A stretch of DNA of 64,000 nucleotides from Treponemataceae bacterium (GTDB lineage Bacteria; Spirochaetota; Spirochaetia; Treponematales; Rectinemataceae). The stretch is taken from positions 512,001 to 576,000 of the forward strand of contig CAXXVZ010000004.1 of the NCBI GenBank assembly GCA_963678065.2. The letters run 5' to 3'. The notes below the pieces were generated by a model. The model worked only from the letters and a program-made list of their open reading frames with translations, ran no database searches and was not told the origin of the DNA. The position numbers and the translations under genes were made by a program. Positions 36,341 through 45,472 of this stretch are shown one piece after another. The stretch's first letter is position 1, and the number at the start of each line of letters is the position of its first letter.

Positions 36341-37411
36341 GTGAAAAAGAACCTGATTCTGGCCATCGCCTGTGCGGGAATCGTTTCCATCCTCCCCATC
36401 TACGCGCAGAGTAAATCCTTCTTCGATATCGTCGCAGAGGGCAGTCCCGGCGACGTCCTTTCGGCTATGGCGAAAGGCGCGGATGTCGCTTCCCGGGACG
36501 AGTACAATGCCACGCCACTCATGATCGCCGCCGCGAACAATCCGGACCCGGAGGTGATCATGGTCCTTCTGGACGGGGGTTCGGATCTCGAGGCGCGGGG
36601 GGAACTCAACTACACCCCGCTCATGTATGCGGCGGGACACAATGAGGAGCCCGCCATCGCCCGGGTTCTCTTGAAGGCCGGCTCATCGCTCAAGGCTGTG
36701 GACGAGTACGGACGTTCTCCCTTTCTCATCGCCTCCGCTTTCAACGGGAACCCTGCGGTTGCTGAATTCTTCCTCGACCAGGGATTCGACATCGAGCAGA
36801 AAGGCGAACTTCAGTTCACACCGCTTCTCTACGCCGCAGGTCACAACGATAACCCGGACATGATCAGGATGCTTCTCCGCAGGGGAGCGGATATCTACGC
36901 CCGCGACGAGTATGACCGCACGGTCCTCATGATCGCCTCGGCTTTCAGCACGGCCCCCCGCATCGTCGATGTCCTTCTGGATGAAGGTGAGATGGATGTC
37001 GACGAGCAGACGGGAGGCGGCATGACCGCGCTGACGTATGCGGCCTGGATCAATGGGGACCCCGCTTTCGTGCGAAAGCTCCTCGCGCGCGGCGCCGATC
37101 CCTCGCTCCGTGAAAGCGAAGGGATGACGGCGCTCATGCTCGCAGCCCAAGGTAACCCAAGTACCGAAATCATCGACATATTCATCAAGGCTGGCAACGA
37201 TATCGGGGCGCGGGATCTTTCGGGGATGACGGCTCTCATGCACGCGGCGAAGAGCAACCCGAACCCCGATGTGGTGGCCGCCCTCCTCGCCGCCGGAAGC
37301 GACGGCAAGGCAAAGAGCGACGAAGGCAAAACCGCCTTCGATTACGCCAAGGGCAACGAGAAACTGAAAGGCACGAAGATCTTCTTCAAGCTCAACGAAT
37401 CGCGGTTCTGA
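36341..37411 (+). CDS. Secreted ankyrin-repeat protein
   Basis: GTG start with RBS GGAGGA, signal peptide, about nine TPL..AA/TAL..AA ankyrin repeats. Confidence 0.9.
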   Translation: MKKNLILAIACAGIVSILPIYAQSKSFFDIVAEGSPGDVLSAMAKGADVASRDEYNATPLMIAAANNPDPEVIMVLLDGGSDLEARGELNYTPLMYAAGHNEEPAIARVLLKAGSSLKAVDEYGRSPFLIASAFNGNPAVAEFFLDQGFDIEQKGELQFTPLLYAAGHNDNPDMIRMLLRRGADIYARDEYDRTVLMIASAFSTAPRIVDVLLDEGEMDVDEQTGGGMTALTYAAWINGDPAFVRKLLARGADPSLRESEGMTALMLAAQGNPSTEIIDIFIKAGNDIGARDLSGMTALMHAAKSNPNPDVVAALLAAGSDGKAKSDEGKTAFDYAKGNEKLKGTKIFFKLNESRF

Positions 37412-37525
37412 TCGACTGACCGGCTGATCGACGGAGGTTCGGGAGAGGCCGGTTTCTCGCGCGTCTTCCCGATTCTGCGATTCCGACGCAGCTGTGTGCG
37501 GCTCGACATGGCCAGCCCCGTGGGT

Positions 37526-38236
37526 TCAGAAGCGCAGCAGTTTGTGCAGATTGGCCTCTTTTACGACCCGGTGGTGAAGATACAGAAGGAAAGCGGCTAT
37601 CGGGATCAAGGTGAGGGAGGTGATGGCCGACCAGTGGAGACTTATTTCCCCATGCGCCTGGATGTCCACCGTCATTTCGATGCCGAGGCAGATCACGGCG
37701 GCGGCGATGAGGATGAAGCCAATCACGTTCGTCCCCATCCGCTTCGTCCTGAGGGATGCGACGACTGCTCCCGTCACGGCGAGTTCGCTCACGAGGGCTA
37801 TCGGGATGGCTATCGGAAAAGCCCAACTGAGGCTGCCATCTATCGCGTCGAGGGACACGAGGTAGACCGGCAGGGAGAGGGCCGCGACCGTGACAGCCGC
37901 GGGGAGGTGCTTTCCCGCCACGAGCCCGGTTGTCACAAGAATCCAGAGGAATGCCAGGGAGAAAAGGGGATACATCGACCATGAGAACGAGCCCGAGTCG
38001 AGAACGTTGACCCCCGCTACGACGGTGGCGGCGATCAGAACGGCGACGGAGAACACCTCCCAGAGATTGGTCGGCTTGTTCCGGGAACCGAGCACTTCCT
38101 GCATCCCGGACACGGGAGGGATGCGGGGTTCGGGACAGGACTCGCCGGAAATCCGCCTCATATCGAACGAACACAGAGGACAGGTATCCGTTTCCGGCGC
38201 CAGTTCGACGCCGCAGCGGGGACAGTAAGGCATCAT
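37526..38236 (-). CDS. Zinc-ribbon + multi-TM membrane protein (DUF6320-like)
   Basis: CPRCGVEL....CPLC followed by about six TM helices. ATGA overlap with the acyltransferase stop. Confidence 0.7.
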   Translation of the reverse strand: MMPYCPRCGVELAPETDTCPLCSFDMRRISGESCPEPRIPPVSGMQEVLGSRNKPTNLWEVFSVAVLIAATVVAGVNVLDSGSFSWSMYPLFSLAFLWILVTTGLVAGKHLPAAVTVAALSLPVYLVSLDAIDGSLSWAFPIAIPIALVSELAVTGAVVASLRTKRMGTNVIGFILIAAAVICLGIEMTVDIQAHGEISLHWSAITSLTLIPIAAFLLYLHHRVVKEANLHKLLRF

Positions 38237-39624
38237 TGGCCTCCTGACAGATTGCATTCGATTTGTATAGGCAGACCAAGCCGCCTGAGCCGGGAGAAAA
38301 AGAGCCGCTCGAGTTCGCGCGAACGGGCGAGACTTCCGAAATTGATGTAGACCCGGTCCTTCCAGGACAGGACTGCCGCGTTGGTCAGGGTGACGGGGCT
38401 GGGCGTCGGGATGAAGTCGAACCGTTCGATGTGGGCGGCCGGACCGGGCGGCATCGCGACGCGGCCGAGATTCGACACAAAACCGGAGACAAGGCTCTCA
38501 CCCATTTTCGAAAACAGGACGTGCGCGAAAAGATCCTTCAGGAAAAGCGGCACGAGCCTCACAACGAGATTGCGGCTCCCGCCGACATTGCGCGTGATCT
38601 GGCGGGCGATGTTCCGCTCGTCGTTCTCGATGCGGAGCTGATGGTGGGCCCGTGTGACTATTTCGTCGAAATCGCGCTTTCCGAGACGCATATCCTGATT
38701 CACGATCACGAACAGCGAAAAGTTGCGGTTGGACCGGGTCGGGTAGAACTTCCGCATGTTGACGGGGATCTCGACGCCGAGAAGCCAGTGTTTCCGCGCG
38801 CGCTTTCCCGACGCGAGCCAGATTTCCTGGAGGGCGTCGAGATAGATGGCCGCAAGGAGTTCAGTGATCGAGACGCCATAGGCTTTGGCCAGATCGAGGA
38901 GCGGCGCGAGAGGGAGGGAGCCTGAGATTATCCGGTAACGGTGACGCGGCAACTTGGGAGAGGCGATCTGGAAGGCGGGCACGCCGGGGTCCGGCATTGG
39001 CAACTTTTTCGTGAAGTGACGGTGGTAGGCGTCTTCGTACTCCTCGGCGTCCGGCGGATCGTCGATGCGGTATATGTCGGCGAATTCTCCCTCTCCGAGA
39101 GGAGCCCCCGGATGGATGCCCCTGAGCCGGAAATACTCAGTGAGCATTGTCTGCATGAAACGCAGGCCGCCCGAACCATCCGTCAGGGCGTGCGAAAACT
39201 CGCCGGCGATGAGCCTGCCCCGGGCCATTATCCGGATGAGCGCGTTGCCGCGCTTGTTTATGTTGTAGCCCTGGCAGGGGCTCTCCGCGTCCGGATGCAC
39301 GAGGAGCGCGTGGGTGTGGCGTTCGAGGTAGTACCAGAAGAGACCTCTGCGCAGCTCGACGACAAAATAGGGGAAACGGTCGCCGCAGCGACGGAGGGCC
39401 TTGGTGAGGGCGGCCTTGTCGACTTCGTGGTCGACTCTGACTTCGATGCGGAAGAGTGAGGTCGAAACTGAGTCGGAGAGGGCGGGCATGATCGTGGCGG
39501 CGTTGTCGAGGCCGTACCAGGTGCCGGTCTCGTCGTGGAACGCAATCCGGGCCTTTTTGATGTTCGAGCGCTCATGCACGTTCTCCGGACGGTCTCCGGA
39601 TGCCGATTCAACCTTGTCCGTCAC
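38233..39624 (-). CDS. CoA-dependent acyltransferase (alcohol acetyltransferase-like)
   Basis: WY.LDNAA, RFPYF.V.LRRGLFWYYLE, HALTDG (HxxxDG), PVNMRKFYP...RNFS, SNLG. Confidence 0.78.
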   Translation of the reverse strand: MTDKVESASGDRPENVHERSNIKKARIAFHDETGTWYGLDNAATIMPALSDSVSTSLFRIEVRVDHEVDKAALTKALRRCGDRFPYFVVELRRGLFWYYLERHTHALLVHPDAESPCQGYNINKRGNALIRIMARGRLIAGEFSHALTDGSGGLRFMQTMLTEYFRLRGIHPGAPLGEGEFADIYRIDDPPDAEEYEDAYHRHFTKKLPMPDPGVPAFQIASPKLPRHRYRIISGSLPLAPLLDLAKAYGVSITELLAAIYLDALQEIWLASGKRARKHWLLGVEIPVNMRKFYPTRSNRNFSLFVIVNQDMRLGKRDFDEIVTRAHHQLRIENDERNIARQITRNVGGSRNLVVRLVPLFLKDLFAHVLFSKMGESLVSGFVSNLGRVAMPPGPAAHIERFDFIPTPSPVTLTNAAVLSWKDRVYINFGSLARSRELERLFFSRLRRLGLPIQIECNLSGGQ

Positions 39625-39633
39625 CCCAGTCCC

Positions 39634-40332
39634 TCAAAGGAAAGAAAGGAACGGTTTGCACAGAACGGCCGCGGCCATGAAGAGCAAGGCCGGCAGGAAG
39701 TCGCCTGTCCTGAATTTCTTCACGTTGAGGAGCCCCAGCGCGATCATGATGACGAGAGCTCCCCCGATACCCGTCAGCTCGGAGAGCATGAGGGGCGATA
39801 CGTAAGGTTTCGCCCATACGGAGCCGACAGTCAAGAGCCCCTGGTACGCGAAGACGCTCAGGGCAGAAAACGCTACCCCGGCTCCCATCGTTCCGGCGAA
39901 CATGATCGATATGAAACCATCGAGGATGCTCTTTGTTAGTAGTATCGAGTAGACGCCCTCGGTCCCTGCCTGGAAGGAGCCCAGGATGGCCATCGCGCCG
40001 GAGCAGAAGAGGACGGAGGCGTTCAGGAAACCGTAAGCGAAAGAAGAATCCGAGTCGTTGCGGGCGAAGCGGCGTTTCAGGACCTCGCCGATCCGGAGGA
40101 TGCCGCCTTCGATGTCGAGAAGCGTGCCGGTCAGGCCGCCCAGGATGAGGGAGATGGCGAGACCGAGAATCATGCTGGTCTTGAAGGCCATCTGTATCCC
40201 GATCACGAGGGTGACTATTCCGGCCGCGCTGAATATGGCTTCTTCGTAGCGTTTCGCGAGTCCCTTCCGGAGTGCAAGTCCGATAAACGAACCGATGATG
40301 ATTGCTGCGGCATTGACGAAGGTGGCGAACAT
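39634..40332 (-). CDS. DUF554 family membrane protein
   Basis: T.VNAAAII.GS.IG, GF..ASVLFC.GAMAILGS, KS.LDG, YQG.LT, GG...I.LGL. Confidence 0.85.
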   Translation of the reverse strand: MFATFVNAAAIIIGSFIGLALRKGLAKRYEEAIFSAAGIVTLVIGIQMAFKTSMILGLAISLILGGLTGTLLDIEGGILRIGEVLKRRFARNDSDSSFAYGFLNASVLFCSGAMAILGSFQAGTEGVYSILLTKSILDGFISIMFAGTMGAGVAFSALSVFAYQGLLTVGSVWAKPYVSPLMLSELTGIGGALVIMIALGLLNVKKFRTGDFLPALLFMAAAVLCKPFLSFL

Positions 40333-40437
40333 GGTTGACTCCGGTCGGACTGAAATGCAGGTGACATGGCGCGCCTTGACCGCGCCCGGACGAGTATAGC
40401 ATAATCCCGCGTACTTGGTGCACGGGGCAGGAGAACA

Positions 40438-40881
40438 ATGATGAGATCGAATTTCCACGGATCAGCGGGACGTTCCGTCCCTTTCTTCGCCATGGTGTCG
40501 CTTGTCGCCCTGGTCACCCTGCTCGGGTCCTGCGCCTCGGTTCCGACATCGGTGCCCGATGATTTCACCTCTGCCGAGATCATCCAGAAGGCTCAGGAAG
40601 CGTCGGATCGCTACAACTACAAGGCGGCGCAGTTCTATTACACGACGGCGCAGGAGCGGTTCGGCAGCGATCCGGTCATCGGCAGCACCTGCATGTACGA
40701 GCTCGCCTTCATCGCCTACAAGCAGGGCAGGTACGACGAGGCGCGCGCGGGTTTCAACGCCCTCATCGAGTTCTACGCCCAGCCCGGCAACGAATCCCTG
40801 CCGGCGACCTACCGCATACTCGCCCTCAAAATCCTGGAAAAACTGCCAGCCGCGAAAACCCCCAAACCCGCCGTCAAATAG
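40438..40881 (+). CDS. Small TPR-like lipoprotein
   Basis: Lipobox LLGSC; YELAFIAYKQGRYDEA TPR-like helix pair. Start uncertain. Confidence 0.7.
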   Translation: MMRSNFHGSAGRSVPFFAMVSLVALVTLLGSCASVPTSVPDDFTSAEIIQKAQEASDRYNYKAAQFYYTTAQERFGSDPVIGSTCMYELAFIAYKQGRYDEARAGFNALIEFYAQPGNESLPATYRILALKILEKLPAAKTPKPAVK

Positions 40882-40912
40882 GCCAGCCGCATCCGGGAAT
40901 TCTGAAACCGCA

Positions 40913-42955
40913 TCACGCCATCGAAGCCAACTCTTCCGCCACGGCTATCCACTCCTCGTTGAGTCGAGCCGCCTCGGCCTCGAGTTCCGCGACTGAATCC
41001 GCGAGCTTCTTCATCGCCACACCGTCCGAGTAGTTGCGCGGCAGGCCCATCTCCCGTTCGGCAGCCTGTTTCTGCAAGCCGATCGCGCCGAGGCGGTCGA
41101 GTATCTCCTGCTCCCGCTTCGCGACCTTGCGGACCCTGGCCTTGCGCGCCTTCTCCTCTTCCCAGGAAAGCGGAGCAGCGGGAGACATCGCGGCGCTGTC
41201 CGGGTCGTTTCCCGCGCCCGCGCGTGAGGCGAAGGATACCGCCCCAGCCTGCCCCGACAGAGCAGCGGCGCGGACTTCCGGGCGGACTTCCGTTCGCCCT
41301 CCCGCGCCGGGAGAAAGCGGTGAGAATGAGGTCTCCGCGGCGAGAGCGGCCTTTTTTTCAAGATAGTAGCGGTAATCGCCGACATAGAGCCGCGGGCTCG
41401 TGCCCGACTCGAGCTCGAGGACGCGGTCTGCCAGCTCTTCGATGAAGCCGCGATCGTGGGACACGAAGAGGACGGTACCTTCGAAGGATCTGAGCGCTTC
41501 CAGGAGCACATCCTTGGAGGTGAGGTCGAGGTGGTTGGTTGGTTCGTCCAGGATGAGGAGATTGGCCGGGTGCAGGAGCATCTTGAGGAGGGCCAGCCTC
41601 GAACGCTCGCCTCCCGAGAGGACGTTCAGCGGTTTTTCGACATCGTCGCCCCGGAAGAGGAAGGCGCCGAGCATGTTGCGCACCTTGGGCAGAAGCTCGT
41701 TGGGGCAGACCGATTCGAGTTCGGCCTCCACGCTGTGGATGCCTTCCATCTTCTCGGCCGTATCCTGCGCAAAGTAGGCCGGCACGATGCCTGAACCGAA
41801 ACGTATCGAACCGGAATAGTCGGTATCGGTTCCCGCGATGAGGCGCATGAGTGTCGATTTTCCCGCCCCGTTCGGACCAACGAGGGCCACTTTCATGCCG
41901 CGATCGATCTCGACACCGAAGTCCCCGATAACTCTGTTTTCACCGTAGGATTTCGTGAGATTCTCGATCCTGACCGCTACCTTGCCCGAGTGCGGGGCGG
42001 GCGGAAAAGCGAAATGGATGTGCTTCATGCCCTCGGGAATCTCGATGGGAACGATCTTCTCGAGCATCTTGACCCGGCTCTGCACCTGGGAAGCCTTGGA
42101 CGCCTTGTAGCGGAAGCGGCGAATGAAATCCTCGAGTTTCTGGATCTCCTCCTGCTGACGCCCCCAGGACTCGAAGATCGCGTCGAGTTCCTTCGACCTG
42201 CGCTCCTCGTACTGGCTGTAGGTCCCCGGATAGCGGGTCAGCTTTCCGCCGAAGAGCTCATAGACTTCCTTCACGGTCACGTCGAGGAAGTAGCGGTCGT
42301 GCGAGACGATGAGGACGCCTCCTTTGTAGGAGGAGAGGAAGGACTCGAGCCAGGATCGCGCCTCCAGGTCGAGATAGTTCGTCGGCTCGTCGAGGAGCAT
42401 GATGTCGGGGTTTTCAAGGAGAACCCTGGCGAGGGCGACGCGCATCTGCCAGCCGCCGGAGAACTCGAGAGCCGGGCGCCCGAAGTCGCTCTCGGAAAAG
42501 CCGAGGCCCATGAGGATTTCGCGTATCCTGTCCGCGCGGCGATGGTATCCCGTCCCCTCCACTGCCTCTTCGATGGCCTGGTGCTCTTCGAGAAGGCGGG
42601 CGGTCAACCTTGTATCGCTCGTCGAGTCCGCGAGAAGGCGACCGATCTCTTCCTGCCTGGCGAGCATATCGCCGACGAAGGCGAAGGCCTTCTCAGCCTC
42701 TCCGGAAACGGAATCTGATCCGACGACGACGCCGGTCTGCGGAAGGTAGGAAATCCTCGCGCCCTTGGTTATGGCCCTGTCGCCCGAATCGGGCCTGACC
42801 TGTCCGACGGCGATTTTCATGAGGGTGGACTTGCCGGTTCCGTTGGGTCCGGCGAGGGCCGCGCGGGTTCCCGCCGCGAGGTAGAAGCTCGCGTTTTTCA
42901 GGAGGTCCCGCGCCCCGAAGGCGAGGCTCACATCTGTGAATTGGACAAAAGCCAT
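40913..42955 (-). CDS. ABC-F family ATP-binding protein
   Basis: Two ABC domains (GPNGTGKS, FSGGWQMR, LDEPTNYLD; GPNGAGKS, LSGGE, LDEPTNHLD), no TM segments, C-terminal coiled coil. Confidence 0.93.
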   Translation of the reverse strand: MAFVQFTDVSLAFGARDLLKNASFYLAAGTRAALAGPNGTGKSTLMKIAVGQVRPDSGDRAITKGARISYLPQTGVVVGSDSVSGEAEKAFAFVGDMLARQEEIGRLLADSTSDTRLTARLLEEHQAIEEAVEGTGYHRRADRIREILMGLGFSESDFGRPALEFSGGWQMRVALARVLLENPDIMLLDEPTNYLDLEARSWLESFLSSYKGGVLIVSHDRYFLDVTVKEVYELFGGKLTRYPGTYSQYEERRSKELDAIFESWGRQQEEIQKLEDFIRRFRYKASKASQVQSRVKMLEKIVPIEIPEGMKHIHFAFPPAPHSGKVAVRIENLTKSYGENRVIGDFGVEIDRGMKVALVGPNGAGKSTLMRLIAGTDTDYSGSIRFGSGIVPAYFAQDTAEKMEGIHSVEAELESVCPNELLPKVRNMLGAFLFRGDDVEKPLNVLSGGERSRLALLKMLLHPANLLILDEPTNHLDLTSKDVLLEALRSFEGTVLFVSHDRGFIEELADRVLELESGTSPRLYVGDYRYYLEKKAALAAETSFSPLSPGAGGRTEVRPEVRAAALSGQAGAVSFASRAGAGNDPDSAAMSPAAPLSWEEEKARKARVRKVAKREQEILDRLGAIGLQKQAAEREMGLPRNYSDGVAMKKLADSVAELEAEAARLNEEWIAVAEELASMA

Positions 42956-42973
42956 GGGTTATACCTGTGTATG

Positions 42974-44293
42974 TCAGTGGCTGGCAGGGAAGGTGACGGT
43001 TCCTGCGGTCTGGTCCGCCTCGACGGCCTTGTTAGTTGCAGGATCCGTCATGGCCCTGGCGAGGATGAATCCATCAGGGCCTATCCGGTAGAGATAATCG
43101 GCCCAGGGGATGTCGGAACCGGAAAAATCGAGGGACAGGACCCCGTCCCAGCTCGCCGCCAGCGACTCGTCGATGCCGAGCCGCATGGCGATGGTGCCGG
43201 AATCTCCGGCTCCTTGGGGGATGAACCCAGCGGGGAGGCTCTCCTTGCCGGTCCAGGAGAATTTTCCCGAGCTGCCGAAGGAGAATTTTCCGACGCCGGG
43301 AGCCGAATAGCTCACGCTGGGCGTGGTGGCGGGAAGGCCTTCGGCCGAGGCCGCGGCGGAGACAAAGGCTACGAGCCTGTCCTGGCGGGCAAGTTCCTCC
43401 TTTCGGATCTCCGCGCGAATGTCTGTCGTGGGGACGACGAATTCCTGACTGTCCGTCCATCGGGCGAGGATGCGGTTCTCGCCGAGGAAGGAGATCACGA
43501 GGGGGCTGCCCTCAAAGAGGGCGGAGCCCGAGGATTCCGTGATCGAGGTATAGTTGAAGGTGTTGGACTGGCCGGGAAGTTCGACCCGGATCTGTTTGTG
43601 CACGGCGTCGGCGAAAAGGCCGAATCTCTGGGAGAAACGCTCGAGGTCGATGCTGCCGGAGTCGATCATGTCCTGGAAGTACGAGGGTCGCCATGTGCTG
43701 GCGAAGAGTGAGTCGATGTGGGAGGAGAAATCGCCTCCATCGGCTCCGGCCAGGGAACCCGATTCGGACTCGTGGTAGAGCTTCATGGCGTAGCTGAACA
43801 CATAGCCGGTCGTGCCGTCGTCGGCCATGACCTTGTACCAGTCGCCCGGAAGGGCTTTGCCGCCCGTGGAGACCGTCTCGCCTTCAACCTTGGCGAAAAC
43901 CTTGACCGATTGTCCCTGACGCAGTTTGAAAACACGCTTTCCCGCGTTGGTGGGCTTGTCCCGTATCGGGACGCTGTCGCGGGTGGCGCTCATGAAGACA
44001 TCGAGGTAGTCGGCAAAATCCTTGACACGCCGCGCGGCCCCAGCTTTTGTACGGAAAAGCTCGAGGCGCCACTGCTCGACTTCCATCTTGTCGCGGGCTG
44101 CGCCGGGCTTGCCGATCACGTAGACTTTGCCGATGTCGGACTTGATGTAGACGGGGACGACGCTTCCCGTGGGGACGGAACCATCGGGCAGGGACCAGAC
44201 TATGACGCCCCAGCCGAGACGGGGCGTGCACGAGGAGGCGAGGCAGAGGACGGCGATAAGGAGGATGGCCGAAAGGGCCAGAGATTTTCGCAT
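42974..44293 (-). CDS. SH3-domain-containing putative lipoprotein
   Basis: Lipobox-like LASSC; IRDKP......FKL..GQ.VKV...WYKV..DDGT.GYVFSY bacterial SH3-like segment. Confidence 0.65.
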   Translation of the reverse strand: MRKSLALSAILLIAVLCLASSCTPRLGWGVIVWSLPDGSVPTGSVVPVYIKSDIGKVYVIGKPGAARDKMEVEQWRLELFRTKAGAARRVKDFADYLDVFMSATRDSVPIRDKPTNAGKRVFKLRQGQSVKVFAKVEGETVSTGGKALPGDWYKVMADDGTTGYVFSYAMKLYHESESGSLAGADGGDFSSHIDSLFASTWRPSYFQDMIDSGSIDLERFSQRFGLFADAVHKQIRVELPGQSNTFNYTSITESSGSALFEGSPLVISFLGENRILARWTDSQEFVVPTTDIRAEIRKEELARQDRLVAFVSAAASAEGLPATTPSVSYSAPGVGKFSFGSSGKFSWTGKESLPAGFIPQGAGDSGTIAMRLGIDESLAASWDGVLSLDFSGSDIPWADYLYRIGPDGFILARAMTDPATNKAVEADQTAGTVTFPASH

Positions 44294-44464
44294 CGTGGAT
44301 CGATTTTACACTCCGGGACCGGCATTGGACAAGCGAGAGAGCAGTCGGCACGCCGGCCGGAATCGCAGGCGATTGCGGGATGCGCGAAGCCGCTATACTA
44401 TTGGAATCTGGAAGGCCTGCTCCTTGAACGAGAGGACAGAGATCTTTCCTTCTGGAGGATGGCA

Positions 44465-45472
44465 ATGAAGGGCAAAAACGGCATCGTCGCCGGGATCGAT
44501 CTCGGCGGCACGAAAATACTCGCGGCCGTCTTCAAGGTCGAGGAAGGCAAGAAGGGAGAGGCGCGAAAACTCACCCTGATCTCCAGTGAAAAGGCAAAGA
44601 CTCCGAGGGAGGCCAGCGCGGAAGCCGTCATCGATGTCCTCGGGAAGACTGCGAGGGAAGCCCTCGCCGCAGCGGGAATTACCGCCAGCGCCCTCGACTC
44701 GATCGGAGTCGCCGTGCCCGGACCGCTCAACCGCAGGGATGGCATCGTCCTCTATACCCCCAACATGGGCTTCGAAAAATTCCCCCTCGCCGCGCGACTC
44801 GGCTCGCTCTTCGACGCGCCCGTCTATCTCGACAACGACGTGCAGTCGGGCGTCTTCGGCGAGCTGCGCTCCGGTGCCCTCAGGGGTATGCGCGACGCGG
44901 TCGGCATATTCGTCGGAACGGGCATCGGAGGAGGCCTCATCCTTGACGGAAAAATTTTCCGCGGCTCCTCTGGCTCGGCCGGCGAAATCGGCCACATGAT
45001 CCTCCTCGAGGGAGGGCCTCTGTGCGGCTGCGGGAACTACGGCTGTCTGGAAGCCCTCGCGTCCCGCACCGCTCTGACAAAAGACGCCATAGGCCTCGCC
45101 TCGGCGGGCAAGGCGCCCGGCCTCCTCGCCTCAGCGGGGACGGATTTCCGCAAGTGCCGCAGCTCCTCCATCGAGGAATCCATCCAGGCCGGAGACACCG
45201 CGGTCGCAAAGGCTTTGGACAGAACAGCCCACTGGCTCGGCATCGGCATGGCCAATGTCGTCCACCTCTTCAATCCGGAGGCCATCGTCCTCGGCGGCGG
45301 TGTGATGGAACGTTTCGGCCAGCGCATCCGGGAGACCGCCCGGAAGTCGATGGAGGCCCACCTCATGCCGGGACTCGCGAAGACGGTCGAGGTCCTCGTC
45401 TCCGAGCTCGGAGATTTCGCCGTGGCCACGGGAGCGGCCCACATGGCCCTCGAATCGGGCGGCGCTCGATGA
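44465..45472 (+). CDS. ROK-family sugar kinase (glucokinase-like)
   Basis: GIDLGGTK, DND, GTGIGGG, GEIGH, CGCGNYGCLE. No HTH. RBS GGAGGA. Confidence 0.9.
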   Translation: MKGKNGIVAGIDLGGTKILAAVFKVEEGKKGEARKLTLISSEKAKTPREASAEAVIDVLGKTAREALAAAGITASALDSIGVAVPGPLNRRDGIVLYTPNMGFEKFPLAARLGSLFDAPVYLDNDVQSGVFGELRSGALRGMRDAVGIFVGTGIGGGLILDGKIFRGSSGSAGEIGHMILLEGGPLCGCGNYGCLEALASRTALTKDAIGLASAGKAPGLLASAGTDFRKCRSSSIEESIQAGDTAVAKALDRTAHWLGIGMANVVHLFNPEAIVLGGGVMERFGQRIRETARKSMEAHLMPGLAKTVEVLVSELGDFAVATGAAHMALESGGAR

